Assembly (NCBI RefSeq): GCF_018350175.1
Contig: NC_058368.1
Location: forward strand, 64,048,001-64,112,000
DNA: 64,000 nucleotides
DNA from: Felis catus
Taxonomy: Eukaryota
Reading direction: 5' to 3'
Shown: positions 12,339-25,300 of the stretch, in pieces
Numbering within the stretch: the stretch's first letter is position 1
How the letters are laid out: the number at the start of each line of letters is the position of its first letter
The notes under the pieces: generated by a model
Told to the model about the DNA's origin: nothing
Database searches by the model: none
The model's input: the letters and a program-made list of their open reading frames with translations, nothing else
Made by a program: the position numbers and the translations under genes

Positions 12339-12459
12339 CTATACTCAGCGTGTGGTTGGAAATGGAATCAAAGCCCAATCTGGAAATCCTGAAGTCAAAG
12401 TCAGAGGAACTGATCCTGTGATAAATCAAATTATTGATAAACTAAAGCACGTTATTCAG
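12339..12459 (+). CDS. GPC5: Glypican-5 internal coding exon (probably exon 6), 121 nt; 1 nt completes the upstream codon, ends in phase 0
   Basis: Acceptor ...cttttcattttgttAG (AG 12337-12338) and donor CAG|GTAAGT (GT 12460-12461). 1 nt + 40 codons encode YTQRVVGNGIKAQSGNPEVKVRGTDPVINQIIDKLKHVIQ, which contains the glypican NPEV motif. It closely matches human GPC5 as I recall it (SYTQRVVGNGIKAQSGNPEVKVKGIDPVINQIIDKLKHVVQ). Exon number is from memory of the human gene. Confidence 0.95.
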
Positions 12460-14049
12460 GTAAGTGACTGAAACTCTATTTATTGGTATAATCAATGGTA
12501 AATAATAAGTGGCCACTTTCCATTACATGTGATAAATCTGTTAATCCTAATAGTCCTATCTAAGAGTGAGTATTGGAATAAATTATTTGTATCTAGAGTT
12601 TTAGAAATATTCGAGCGATTTTCATACAGAATCAATGTACAGTAGTATTTCAATGGAGGGCAGTCTGTATCTGTGAAAAGGAGACATAGCCTCAGCATTT
12701 TAATATGTGATGAAAATCTCAGGATAAGCTTCATCCCAGTGAATAAGCTTTAGACATGGAGTCTACTGTGACAATTAGAGGAAACAAAGAACAAGTAAGT
12801 CATTTGCAGGCAACTCTCTGAGCCTTGCTATGAAGATTTTTGTTCCATTTTCTATAAAAGTTATCGTAAATGAATAATATGCATTTTTGGTATTTATTTT
12901 CTGTATCACGTTTTACATGTTACCTTATAATCTACTTATAATCTATAATCTGGTGATTTATGAAATACTTCTGTTTTATCTTTAATAATATGTCATCAAG
13001 TGAGTATATACTGCTGTTTTTAACATATAGCATATGAAGCATGAGAATTTCTATCAAAAGAACACTGAACTAATCTTTTAGTTAGAATCAAATATTATGT
13101 TACATGCTGTGAAGGCCACCCTCCATTCTTCATTTGTTGGAGTTTGGGGTAAGAAGGACTATTTTCTAGTTATTAGTCTTTTTATAACAATCTGTACATA
13201 TATTTTCATTTTTCCTAAGTAGAACCTTGGATGGATAGTTGATTCTTATTTCTAATAACTAAGATAACAAACTTAAAGTACTGACTCTATTAATATTCAA
13301 ATGTTCTAGAGTCACTGGTATGCTTTTCATAGTTGCTCTGCAAAACCTAAGTTTATGTAGGGTCTGTTCTTAGGATTCCATTTTTATCAAAGTCTGTATC
13401 TTCATCAAAGGAAATTCAAGGAGGATATCAGGGTCTGTGTCCAACATTTATCCCGTCCAGGAGGCAATAATGGTATTTTGCTTATTCTATGACTAGTGCT
13501 TTGGGGAAACAGAGCTCTCAGCCTGGATGGCAGAACTGAAAGTTAAGTTCCATTGAGAAAAGTGTAAGAGAAAAGTGGTGTCACATCTACTAGTGAGTTA
13601 AACCTCACAGCCTTCCCTCAGAGAGACACTTCCCAGATAAAGTAAGTCCTTTATGCTGTTATTATGCCAAGTATTCAGACATTTCTTGGACCTCAGTGGT
13701 CGTGGGATTGTGTCAGGAGCTAAAGTGACACTGCAGGAAGTATTGTAGTGAGCAGTATCAACTAGACCATAGCCTGAGGCAGAATGGCTGAGATCAAGAG
13801 GGACAAACCCTGTTGTCCTCAGAAGCAGTGATATTAAGCCCAATAGTAAATGTCGCTCAGGCATTCAAAAGGAGGAATTTTTGGAAACTTGATTTTTCAT
13901 AAAAAAAAAAAAACAAAGAAGACCTCCAGGTGAAATTAGTCCTGACTCAGTGAGAACCAAATGGGGATTCAGGAAAATTTAGGGTATTATTTTAATTCTT
14001 GAATTTCCAGTGGCTCCATAAACAATTTATTAGGAACTCGACACATAAT

Positions 14050-14420
14050 TGTTGAGGTTTCCCAGGAAAGAGACACTGGGACAGAGATATCTGTGCAGGA
14101 GATTTCTGGCAGCGTGACGTTATAATCAGTAAAAAGACCAGAAGAAGTGGTGCCTTAAAGAGAGAGCAGTTGAACTTTATTGTGGTTGTAATGGAAGCCT
14201 CATCTGAATCCAGTAGGAATTCTGGAGGCTTTCAGCCTTTCAGTTTGGCCTGCGTTGGATGAGGAATTGGATCATTGGACAGTAATTGGATGAAGGCTGT
14301 GAGGGTGGAGGTGGGTGGTATGTTAACTCAGCTCTGAATCACCAGCGGCCAACAATATAACCTGTGGCTGAAGGAACGAATGCCTTGGTCTAGCCAGCAC
14401 TTCCTAGCATCATGAACCAT
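14050..14420 (-). mobile_element. ERVL LTR, LTR16C-like
   Basis: ggtttcccaggaaagagacactgggacagagatatctgtgcaggagattt ... gttgaactttattgtggttgtaatggaagcctcatctgaatcc resembles antisense LTR16C. Confidence 0.65.
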
Positions 14421-14530
14421 AATAAGGTGTGCAGATCTAGATTATTCAGAAATTCGAGTGTTCACTGGTCATAAAATCAAAAGAGCTTTAAGAGGAGTTG
14501 GTTTCTCTCCTTGGGATATAGCAAAATTTT

Positions 14531-14770
14531 AGCGGTCTCCGAAGTGGGGTAAGCAGTCTCCAGAGAGTGTACGGGCTACGCCACTGGGGGGCAGGAAGGA
14601 AAAATAAAACTTCAGTGTATATTTATTCTGCCTCATTATGTTAATTTATTTGGTCGTAGGAAGGCGGGTAACATATGTAAGAGGGCAATGGCACATGGCT
14701 ATAGTGTACAAGTATGTAGATATATATGTCAAGTAGGTGTGCATTCAATACATACATGATGAAAACCTGT
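14531..14770. mobile_element. hAT-Charlie MITE-like fragment (Charlie15-like)
   Basis: agcggtctccgaagtgggg...ccactggggggcaggaaggaaaaataaaacttc...tatattta resembles a recalled Charlie end. Confidence 0.45.
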
Positions 14771-15829
14771 TATAAGTAAAAGGGACGGAGCTGCTATATA
14801 GGAAAGAGTATACAGACATAAGTAACCATATTCTCGAGGAAGTAAGTAGATATTCAAAATATAAAGGTTTATAAAAACTCTTAGGAAACCGGTTCACGGA
14901 TATGTTGTCCATTCAGCCTAACATCCCCATCTTCTTGTTTCATAGGTTTAAAGCCATATCCTTTTCAAGATGGCAGAGGGAAATAATCCCACTTTTTTTT
15001 TTATCTCCTGTGTTAAATTGAGTCCCATTCTTTCATCTTTACATTTGTGAAGATCTCCAGTTATTCATACTTAAGTTTTGTTCTAGAACTAGAAGAGAAT
15101 ATCATATAAAATGCTCTTTTTGAGGTCTGTCTTTTTAAAGTCTACTAGGATGATGATTGAAATTTAGATTTTTATTGAAGATAGCAGAAAGTCATATTTT
15201 GTACAGGTGGCATGAAAATATTCGCACTTAATGTCTTAGAACACGTTCTTTCCTAAGGCAGCTCTCCTGGAGATGAAGGAACATTTTTGTTTTCACTAGA
15301 CTTATGACTATTGATAATATGTGTGTGCCCTGGCAACTATCAAGGGACAGTTATAAAGACCTGACAAAGTGTCAGGTCTGAAGAGTTTCAGAAAATTGTC
15401 TTCTATAAGTGATAACTTCTTAATTTTGGAGTAGTGTGAGACAAAGGGAGGAAGTAGAAGTAGGAATATATTTCAAAATCTAATCTATGGATTTATATCA
15501 TCACTTATTTCTGTTTGGCTAGAACTCAATCTATTTGTTATTGCGATGGATATTAAGCACATTTAATAGTTAAAATGACATCTCTCATCATATGGATAAG
15601 TAAATGTTCCTCTTGTCCTTTTCCTTCTATGTAAGTATGTGGAAATAAACCAGCCATATTTATTAGTAAATTGGCTCCATACAATTAGCCTCCAAACACC
15701 TTTCTTTTGGCCTGTCATTGAACTGTACCGCCTTTCCTACCCTCTAACCTCTATAATTAGAGTCACTAACTAGACAAGTGGGTAGGAATTTTACTTTAAG
15801 AAATCGTACTTTTTAAACATCTTAATAGC

Positions 15830-16680
15830 AAGTACAATAACTATAGCTGACAAATGTTATAAAGAAAACAAAACAGGATGAGGTAGGAAAAGGTACTTCA
15901 GAAGCATGTGTTTTGGGAGGCCATTAAAAGGAGGATATTTGGGTTGATGTTAAAGAAGGAAAAGAAAAGAATCAGGAAAATCTGAAGAACTGTGTTTGGC
16001 GCAAAAGGAATAGCACATACAAAGGACCTGTGGCAGAAATAGGTTTATTGTATTCAAAGAACAAACAGAAGCCCATGTGGCCAGAACAGAGTGAGTGAAT
16101 GGGTAAGAGAAAGAGATTCTGAATTAAGATTTGATAGTTCCAGCAGGGAGTTCAGATTTTATCCTAAGTGGGATGGGAAGCCAAAGACTGTAGGCAGAGG
16201 ATGATATAATATAATTAATGTTTTATAAGGGTAGTTTTGGCTTCACTTTGGAAATGGACCAAAAGTAGAAGAAGAACAAACATAGAGGAAGAAAGTAACA
16301 AAACAAAAAAGATTGTGGTGATTGGGACTAGAATAGGAAGAATGGCTAATATGAGAAGCAGGGAGATTTAGATAAATAGGAGAAGGAGAGTTACTCAGGA
16401 TTTGTTGATGGATTGGAAATGGGATTGAGAGGGAGAGAGCAAGGATGAAAACTACGTTGGGTGGGATGATAGTGTGATTAAGTGAAACAAGGAATTCTGA
16501 AAGTGGAACAGGTCTGGGGTTTAGTTGTTGGAGTTAATTGGAAATTATGGCTCTGTTACATTTGAAATACATCAGACTCTCAAGGGGAACATCCAGGATT
16601 CAGTGGCAACCACACAGCAAGAGGTGCCTGTTGGGAGCATCAGCGTTAGATAATATGTAAGTCGTGGGACTGCGAGGTGG
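15830..16680 (-). mobile_element. L2 LINE fragment
   Basis: Purine-rich antisense L2 motifs: aaggaatagcacatacaaaggacctgtggcag, gattttatcctaagtgggatgggaagcca, caggatttgttgatggattgga. Confidence 0.75.
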
Positions 16681-17651
16681 CCACCTTCTTGTTAGAGAAT
16701 AAATTCTCAACAAAAACTGTTAGAGGATAATATAAAATAGCAGAATCATATGAGAGATGTATATTCTGAAAGTCTAGGAAAGGAGAAAGCATTTATTAAA
16801 TGTATGTGATACCACGTAGATAGAGAGTTGATCTAGGACAGACAAGGTATTTAGTAACATTAACTTTTCTTTTACTGAAGGATAATCAATGTCCATTATA
16901 AGAAATTGAAATGGGTTATTTTAGAAAATTTTCAAAATGAGTGGAAAATAAACAACTTATACTTGTAAAACAAGAAGCAGGATCAGGAAATAAGCAAGCC
17001 TTCTAGGCTCTTGCTAGACTTAATTATACATATAATTAGATCAATACTTTTACATTTTTGGTATAACCGAGTGAGATCCAAGAGTACATTTATTTGGTTT
17101 TGTGTCACAGAGTACTCATCTAACAACACATAACATATTTGTTTCCATAAAATAAAATGCTCTGCAATGTGGTTGCTGGTGCCTGTATAATATTCTATCA
17201 TATGGAAGGACTATAATTTTATTTAATCTAAAACTGAAGTTGGATATTTAGGTTGTTACCAATTTTTCACCGTAGTAAATACTGCTAATAGGAATGTTCC
17301 AGATATAAATTGTTTTATAACTGTTTCCCCTTGTGATATATTTCTAGATGCTATAACCAAGAATCTATTCATTCATAATTTTAAGTATTTTAATAAATAT
17401 TGCTAAATTTTTATTCAGGAAAATTCTAAGAATTTATACATGAAGTGAAGCACAGGATATATGTCAACTTTCTCAGCATGTTGAAGGAATAATTGGGAAT
17501 TTGGCAGTGATTACGCATGGGTGGTAGGAAAATCACATGGAGTTCTAGAGACCAAAGTAGCAATCCTTTAGAAATGTTGGCTTGAACTGGTGTCACCTGT
17601 GGGTACTCTTAAGTATGGCCAAAATAAATATTTTAACTAGAAAATAGTTTA

Positions 17652-17865
17652 GAGGCACCTGGATAGCTCAGTTAAGCATCCAATTTGGCTCAGGTCATGA
17701 TCTCACGGTTTGTGGGTTTGAGCCCGTGTCCTGCTCTGTGCTGACAGCTCAGAGCCTGGAGCCTGTCTCACATTCTGTGTCTCCGTCTCTCTCTGCTCCC
17801 CCCCCCCCCCATTCATGCCCTGTCTCTTTCTCTCTCTCTCAAAAATAAATAACATTAAAAAGTTT
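17652..17865 (+). mobile_element. CAN-SINE, full length
   Basis: Head gaggcacctgg, CT tract with a poly-C run, A tail. Perfect TSD tagaaaatagttta at 17638-17651 and 17866-17879. Confidence 0.95.
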
Positions 17866-20201
17866 TAGAAAATAGTTTAAAGTTTCAAGGCTTCCTAGAG
17901 AAAGATCCTAGCAGACACAACTTTAATTTTATTTTGTTTAGGACAAGCCCTCTATTTTTAAAACCTACAAGACAAAAAATAAGTTGCTCACAAGATCTCA
18001 TATACATGGAGACTTACAGATTGTAGGTTGGACCTCAGGGATCTCAGACACTTCAAAGTCCCCTCCTCCTCTGTAAATCCTTCTGAATTGGGAACAAGAA
18101 TCTTGGAGAAAAGAGGACAATCATGCCTGGCCTTCTGCCATCTCTGATTCTGACCCCTTTTCTGGAGAAGCCATTGTGCTAACATGCTTCTCAGGGGTTT
18201 CCTACATTTTAAAGCCTGTGCTGCTTGAGGTAGACAAGCTTATACCTTTGAAAATTACCTGTGATGAGCATGGTGAGGAATTTTATAAAAGGAGAAGTTC
18301 TAAAGGGTTAACATGAACTTTCTTAGATGTTTGCATCAGACGAAATTGCCCTTTGATAATAGATTGTAAACAATACTTGATTCATCTTATAGTGGCTGAG
18401 GAAATGTATGAAAAATTTAATTCAGATTTCTTAGCAAATTTATTTTAAAACTTCTTGTTGTTCATATTGATAAGCTTGTTTAGGGCAGAGTTGTCAGCCA
18501 AAAAATCACAGTTTTGCAGCAATTTATCTTTAAATATTAAATAATATCCATCATTTTTCCAAAAAAGAAAAAAAAGTGATGTCAGCAGTTAAAAACCTAA
18601 CTGTTGAGCATGGTTGGTTAGAAATGATAATGACCCATAGCTTAGAAATTACTTTACCTACTTTCAGTGTGAAACATAAAAAGTAATATAACAATAATTT
18701 TCTGTAATTCTTTTATTGCAAAACCAATAAATGCTACAGTGTTGTTAAAAGTAGTGGATTTAAGTAACATTTTACTTCTTCAAACCTCCTAATTCCAATA
18801 CATAAGAGAATATTATCAGTTTCTATTAAATATTCATTTTTATAGAGAGACTAAAACTTCCTTGGAAATATGTCTTCATGTGTAAAATAAATTTGATTTT
18901 TAAATGTGAGAAAAAGCAATAATCATAACCATTTGCTTAAAACTACAAAATATATAGACATTTTATAATATGTTTTTCAATACTCATAACGTACTGGGTT
19001 CAAGCAGAGATGAAGTCTTTTTTATTTCATGTAGGAAAAGACTGTGCTAAATTGCCTTTTTTTCTTTTTTCCCATTCTGTTCCTAGAATACCGATATGAT
19101 AAATAGTAACTTTAGAGCTGTAATAGAGTGAGAAGTTCTAACTTAAAACTTAGTGGCAGTTAGGAGGTTAGTGTTTATATATACAAAAAATATATATGAG
19201 ATTTTTAAAAATATTAATATGTCAAAGTTTCTGAATTCTGAAAACTTCCTAAGGTTTTTTCATTAAAATACTGACTCTAATACACATTTTAGAAACTTTT
19301 TCTTACTGATAATAGCTTATAATAGTAATGCAGAACCAGTTAATCACCACTGATTGGTCAGTGGTATCAGGTGATTCTGTGAATTTCTTTCACTTCTACA
19401 AACTTCTTTTCTTGCTCTGAGAATTCACCACAGCACTTTGACTTATCTGTATTATGCACCAGTGTCAGGCTTAATCATATTGATATTCCAGAAAGATAGA
19501 CACCTTTTGATTTTACTTAACTGTGCAGTAGTAACCAAAACACATTTAGTTATCTTTTGGTTCAGATGAAAGTATTTGAAATGTACTCAATTACTTGGAA
19601 TGGTCATCTAATTTAGCAATTAGCTGGTCTGAATAAATTCAATGGAAGGTTGCTTTTCTAGAGTGTGTGGTATAATGCGCTAACTTTACTATTGGCCATT
19701 TCATTAAAAAAAATCAACTGTCAGCATAAAACCAACCATTTCAATTAGTGTACAATCAACTGGAAATGAAAGGATTTGGGTTGGCCATTGATTTTTTTTT
19801 TTTTACTTAAAGTGTATGTAATTGTTTTATGTTGGATAAAATTTTACTTTATATTTGCTTGGATGCTGCTGATTCAATACATAAGAGAATATGTATTGGA
19901 TATTATTATTACCTATTAAAATTTGAGCCATTTTTCTGCCAGGTTTTCCATTTCTCAAACATATTGCGAGAATTTTGAACACTAGAACTTTTATACTTTA
20001 TATTTTGGTGATTAGGTAAAACTAGAACTATTTATAGGCTAAGATCTTTAATCTTTCTGTTTGAAATATAACATGAAATATAATTTCACAAAACGAGATT
20101 CCAAATTATAACCATCTCCCATAAAAATTTATATTTATTGCAAAAAATTGAAATTACCAGAATTTGAATTTTTTCAGGAACTACAAAATGTCAAAGAACC
20201 A

Positions 20202-20237
20202 TAATAATAATAATAATAATAATAATTAATAAATAAA
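20202..20237. repeat. (AAT)n / (AAAT)n microsatellite
   Basis: Directly visible. Confidence 0.9.
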
Positions 20238-20399
20238 TAGCAAAGTCCCTTTTATTGCAATAAAATTCACTGGCCACAATATTGCAGTATGCTAAAGAGC
20301 ATGACTTTTGAGTTCCCACAAGGCATATGACTAGATTCCAGCTCTTGTAGATACTAGCTGTATGTCTATAGTCACCTTAATTAACATATTTTGTTATAT

Positions 20400-20850
20400 A
20401 ATTAAAAAAATAAAAAAATCACAAGTGTGGTAGGATGTAGAGAAAGTGAAACTCTCAAATACCACTGGTCGAATGTAAAATCATGCAACTACTTTCAGAA
20501 TTAGATAGTTCTATTAAAGGTTAAACATAGAGTTACCATACGAGCCAGAAATATTACTCCTAGCTGTATACCTAAGAGAAAAGAAAACATGTGTTTACAC
20601 AAAAACCTGTACATGAATGTTGATAGCAGTGTAATTCATAATATACAGAAAGTAGAAACAATTCAAATGTTCATCAACTGATGAATGGATAAATAAAATA
20701 TTATATCTCTATAAAATGAAACTTTGTTCAGCAGTTAAAAGGGATTACTATGGATAAATGCTACAACATAGAAGAACCTTGAAAACATGATAAGTAAAAG
20801 AAGACAGTCACAAAAGATCACATATTGTATGAATCCATTTATATAATAAG
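20400..20850 (+). mobile_element. L1MB-type fragment (ORF2 end and 3' UTR)
   Basis: aaggttaaacatagagttaccata, acacaaaaacctgtacatgaatgtt, tcaactgatgaatggataaataaaat, gacagtcacaaaagatcacatattgtatga. Confidence 0.85.
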
Positions 20851-21632
20851 TATTAATAAGTATATTTCAATATTTTGACATCAATTTTCATTTCTATATA
20901 GAACATTATTTTATACTGGCAATAATTGTATGGTATACTGAAGGCTTATCCTACGTAATCCTAACAGTTTTGCAAATACTGTGCTAAATAAAATACGTAA
21001 TTCCTTTTAAATTTTAATATCTGAATGTCTGTAAAGTTTTATCAATTTTCCTCTTTTACTTCCTGATCCACTCAGTCTGATTGCTGCCTCCATCACTCCA
21101 CTGAAATTCTCTTGCTAAGGTCACTGATTATCTTTTGTTGTTGTTCAGAATCTAATAGCCTTTTATAGGTTGTTATCTCTCTTGAACATTTGGTATCACT
21201 TATCTGTGCTATTGACTATATTTTCTTTGTTCTCACTCCTTTGATTTCCTTTCAAGCTTTCTGATCACTCTATCCCAGAATCTTTGTGCCTTTCTTTAAT
21301 TTCTTTAAATTGAATTCAATGGAAGGGTTTTATAGATAAAGTTAAGGAAATATAAAAAAAAATAACACACAAAAGAGAAGGAAATAGAAAAATGATGAGA
21401 CATTAGAATTTCACTCCAGAAGATCCAAGTAATAAGAATTTCAGACAAAATAACCAAACTAATAGAAGAAATTTATCAAATACCATTTTTTTTCAAAAGT
21501 AAGGAATCATGACTCCAAATGGAACCCACCAAGGATCCATCACAATCAATGAAACATACACCACACACAAATAATTGTGAAACTTCTGAATATTGAAGAG
21601 AAGATATCAAAATCTTCCAGTGAAAGAAATAA

Positions 21633-21742
21633 ATATATATGTGTGTGTGTCTATATATATATGTGTATATATATGTATATATATATATATACACATATAT
21701 ATACATATATATGTGTATATATATATTTATATATGTGTGTGT
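21633..21742. repeat. Compound (TA)n/(TG)n microsatellite
   Basis: Directly visible. Confidence 0.95.
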
Positions 21743-22108
21743 AATGCATACAAAGATAGGGTTAGATTTATAGTTGCTTATCAACAGGAATCCTAGACAA
21801 AAATGCAAAAGCTGTACTTTCTAATTATAAAGCAACTGATTTCTGGCCTGAAATTCTATACCCAGCTAAACTAGCAGTCAACCATGAAGATAAAAAGATT
21901 TTCAGATAGGTAAGGATGCACATATACATATTTTATTATGCTTTTTGTAGAAAGCTCTTGGCAATGGGAGTAATAAAAAAAAAAAGAACATATGGGGTTT
22001 AGGAAACTAAACATCAGATTGAAAACATCAGAACAGGGAAAAAGGTGGCTGTGGAAGGGAATTTTACAAGCTAAAAAGGAAAAAAATAGTAACTTAAAGT
22101 GATATGTT

Positions 22109-22316
22109 GGGGTCACCTGGGTGGCTCAGTCGGTTAAGTGTCCGACTTCGGCTCAGGTCATGATCTCGTGGTTTGTGAGTCCGAGCCGCATGTCGGGCTC
22201 TGTCCTGACAGCTCGGAGCCTGGAGTCTGCTTCAGATTCTGTGTCTCCTTCTCTCTCTGCCCCTCCCCAACTTGTGCTCTGTCTCTCTCTGTCTATCAAA
22301 AATAAATAAATGTAAA
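22109..22316 (+). mobile_element. CAN-SINE, full length
   Basis: Head ggggtcacctgggtggctcagtcgg. Diverged TSD aaagtgatatgtt / aaggtgagatgtt. Confidence 0.95.
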
Positions 22317-25300
22317 AAGGTGAGATGTTGGAATGTATGGAAAAGATATTACTAAGTGTTTGACAGATCTGCTAAAGCATTTGAGAAAAAAACAGGGTAG
22401 ATACATAGAAAGATGTGATAGATTCAAGGCAATTGATAGATACCATGACAATTATAGATTATAGGGGAAAAATTTTACAGAAAAAATATAATCATAATAA
22501 GATATTGCTCTGAAGTAAATAGTAGATTTGTAGATACAACTATTACATTAATAAAAACCTTGCTAAAACTATATTAGTTGGATGGGAAAAAGAAATGGGG
22601 AGTTGGTGGTATAACATAGAAAATCGATAAATATTGCCAAGAATTGACATTTAAGAAACAGAAAAACTGCCTGTTTACTACAAGTTATGTAGATATGTAA
22701 GGTTAATACCAGAAAAATCCATCAGGTTGATTACTACTGCTTACAGGAGCAGGAAACATGGTATATAAAGTGCTTGGGCTTAGGAATGCTATTTTTTCTT
22801 AACATAGACCTTTTGGTACTACTCAGTTTTCTATTAGATATGTTTATTACTCTGATAAATATAAACATGATTTTACAAATGAAAGAGAAACTCTACATCA
22901 GAATTTATATGGACCTGCTTGATCTCATCTTCCATGTCTCAAGCCTCATTAGCTAGTTACTCCCGTTTTCTACACAAACTGACATCTAATCTCCCCACAG
23001 ATGTACTCCTTAATGTTTCAGTTTTTTTCAACTGTTACTTCTAGGTGTTTCATCCTGTCTTACAAACAAGAGAAAACAAAACAAATTGTTGTAGTTTTTA
23101 ATTGCAACAAAACAATTGTACCTATTTTTTTCTTTGTTACTCCTGGTTATCCATCATGTGTCAGTTTTTTTCTGACAAAGAACCTGTGTGCTCCTGTGTT
23201 CTCCTTGGCACTCTCTGACTTACGAGAATACTTGTTTAGAAAAGAAAAATCAAGGAATTAAAAAACTGGGGTATTGGATGGTATTGACTGTGGCCTCTTT
23301 CTCTGTATCCAAATATCTTGGTTAGTCTGCTATTTTTTATTATTTCTGACCCTAACCTTTGTCTTCCTATTCTGACTCTAGTGTTTTGGGCTTATCACAC
23401 AAACATTGCTAATTTTTTAGCTTAAACTAGGCTGATCTTCGTGCTGGTAAAATGAGAAACCTTTCCTCTACCTTTTCTGCATGTTAATTCAAGTTCATAG
23501 TTCAAACACCCTCACTGAACTCTGAATTCCTAGGGTCATAATAGTTTATAAGGCTTCCCAAACAGCCCAGCTTTTCTCCTCTTACTATTCACAGTTTTCT
23601 GGGCCATGTACAGTCCTCTCCTGGCAATGGCCAGAAATTGACTCCAAATACCCCAAAGTTTAGCATGCAGAAAATAATTCACCTGATTTTCTGAAGCACT
23701 CTTAGGCCATACATAAATTTTAACTGGCTTATGTGTACTCTCAGCTTTCTGCAGGTATGTTAAGAGTCTGTAGTGGCAGACTCAGTAACTGTACTCTCTA
23801 ATTACTTAACTATCATTTTATGAATGTGGTTTGAAGATGTAATCCATCAGTGCAGAGGAGTTTCAGGATGTATTTCTTGCAGTTCAGAAGCACTTAACCA
23901 GATGGCCCCCTATAGTTTTGGAGCAGTTAATGCACCTTGAAAGTAGGCTGACAGTAGCAGAATATGGTCATGGGGGATTGACGGGAAAGTCTCTTAGGCA
24001 CAGGGTATTGCAGTAGTGAAATAAATACTCCAAAGAGATTTATTAAAAACTAAACGAAGTAAAAGTCCTATTTGTAAAATTAAAGTATGAATTATAATAA
24101 CCTTAATAACTATGATAACTCTTATGAATATAAGTTCTGCATTTATTATGTATTTCACATTGCTATAATGGAAGCTTAATCAGTTTCATTAGAAATAAAA
24201 CAAATCATGAGTTTTATAGGAATGAGTGTGAATAGGCATTTATATACCTTTTACAAGTCAGGTCAGTTACTCTTTCTGAAAATGATCATTTTGAAATTTT
24301 ATATCTGGAAATTTATTATCAAACAAGGCCTGAAACTCATTAAACAGATGGTGAAATCTAATTTAAGTTCCTTTAACATTCCTTTTCTTTCTGTCTTATA
24401 AAAGCAAATGAGCTTGTCGTCTGTTAATTATAAAAGTCAAATCTGAATCTATTAGATATATATGTAACAAAACAAGATAGTTGCTAAATTTACTCGATCC
24501 TAGTGACTTTCTATTGTACACATTCATTTTTAAGTTAATGATAAGAAGATCTTTTCAAGGTTTTTGTAAAAGAATCACATTATCAGAAAAGTTTACATTT
24601 CTAGAAAATAAATATGTTCTTAAGGCCCTTAATAAAGCTTGAAGACCTAATTTTTAGAAATTTTTAAATATTTGATTTGCACCCATTAAAATGTATAGAG
24701 TTTAAATTTCATAATTCCGCATCTTAGAAAATGTGGAAACGTGCCTCAAGCCTATCAAAGTGAGTTATTTATATAACTAAATTCTGATGTAAGCAACAAT
24801 ATTGTGTTTTTTATTTTAATTGATAAATATTAAGTAGCAAAATTATCATATTTCATCCAAGGACACAGTAGTCTTATTACAAAACTCATTTTCCATGTCT
24901 GTTTCTCACATATACTCATAACTAGAGTATTTGTCATGTTTCTATGCTAATTCATTAAAGTGTCATGTTTCACCCATTCTTAAAATACCTTTTTATCTGA
25001 CACTTTAAAATGTATTGCAAACCTATAAATGCATTTCTTGGGTTTGTAATAACAAAAATATTGAGAATATTATCCATTTAAAACAAGCCTTTATGTAGAT
25101 CATCATTTATGATGCCTTTGACTATAATCTCCATCATGTCATGGGATATACCTGTTATTTTCTCATTGTGACTAGCAGAGTGCAGGGAAAGATAAGAAAT
25201 GTTTAATATATATATCTACTGAATAAATAAATGAAATTTATAATTAAGTCGATCACTATGTGTAAAATTTAGATGAAACAGGAAAATGCATCTTCCCAAT

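Larger units (their letters stand above)
21320..22870 (+). mobile_element. HAL1 (half-L1, ORF1-only) or old L1 ORF1 remnant
   Basis: ORF1-like gaaattctatacccagctaaacta...aagattttcagata is followed by a HAL1-like 3' end (gtttattactctgataaatataaa) with no ORF2. Interrupted by a microsatellite and a SINE. Confidence 0.65.

Noticed and set aside
12277..12471. The 64-aa ORF as a stand-alone gene
   Set aside because: Only 12339-12459 is exon. The N-terminal part and the terminal VSD are intron sequence outside clear splice sites.
21476..21808. Tyr/Ile/His-rich ORFs here and at 11738, 53593, 56384 and 60393
   Set aside because: Artefacts of (TA)n, (TG)n and (CA)n microsatellites.
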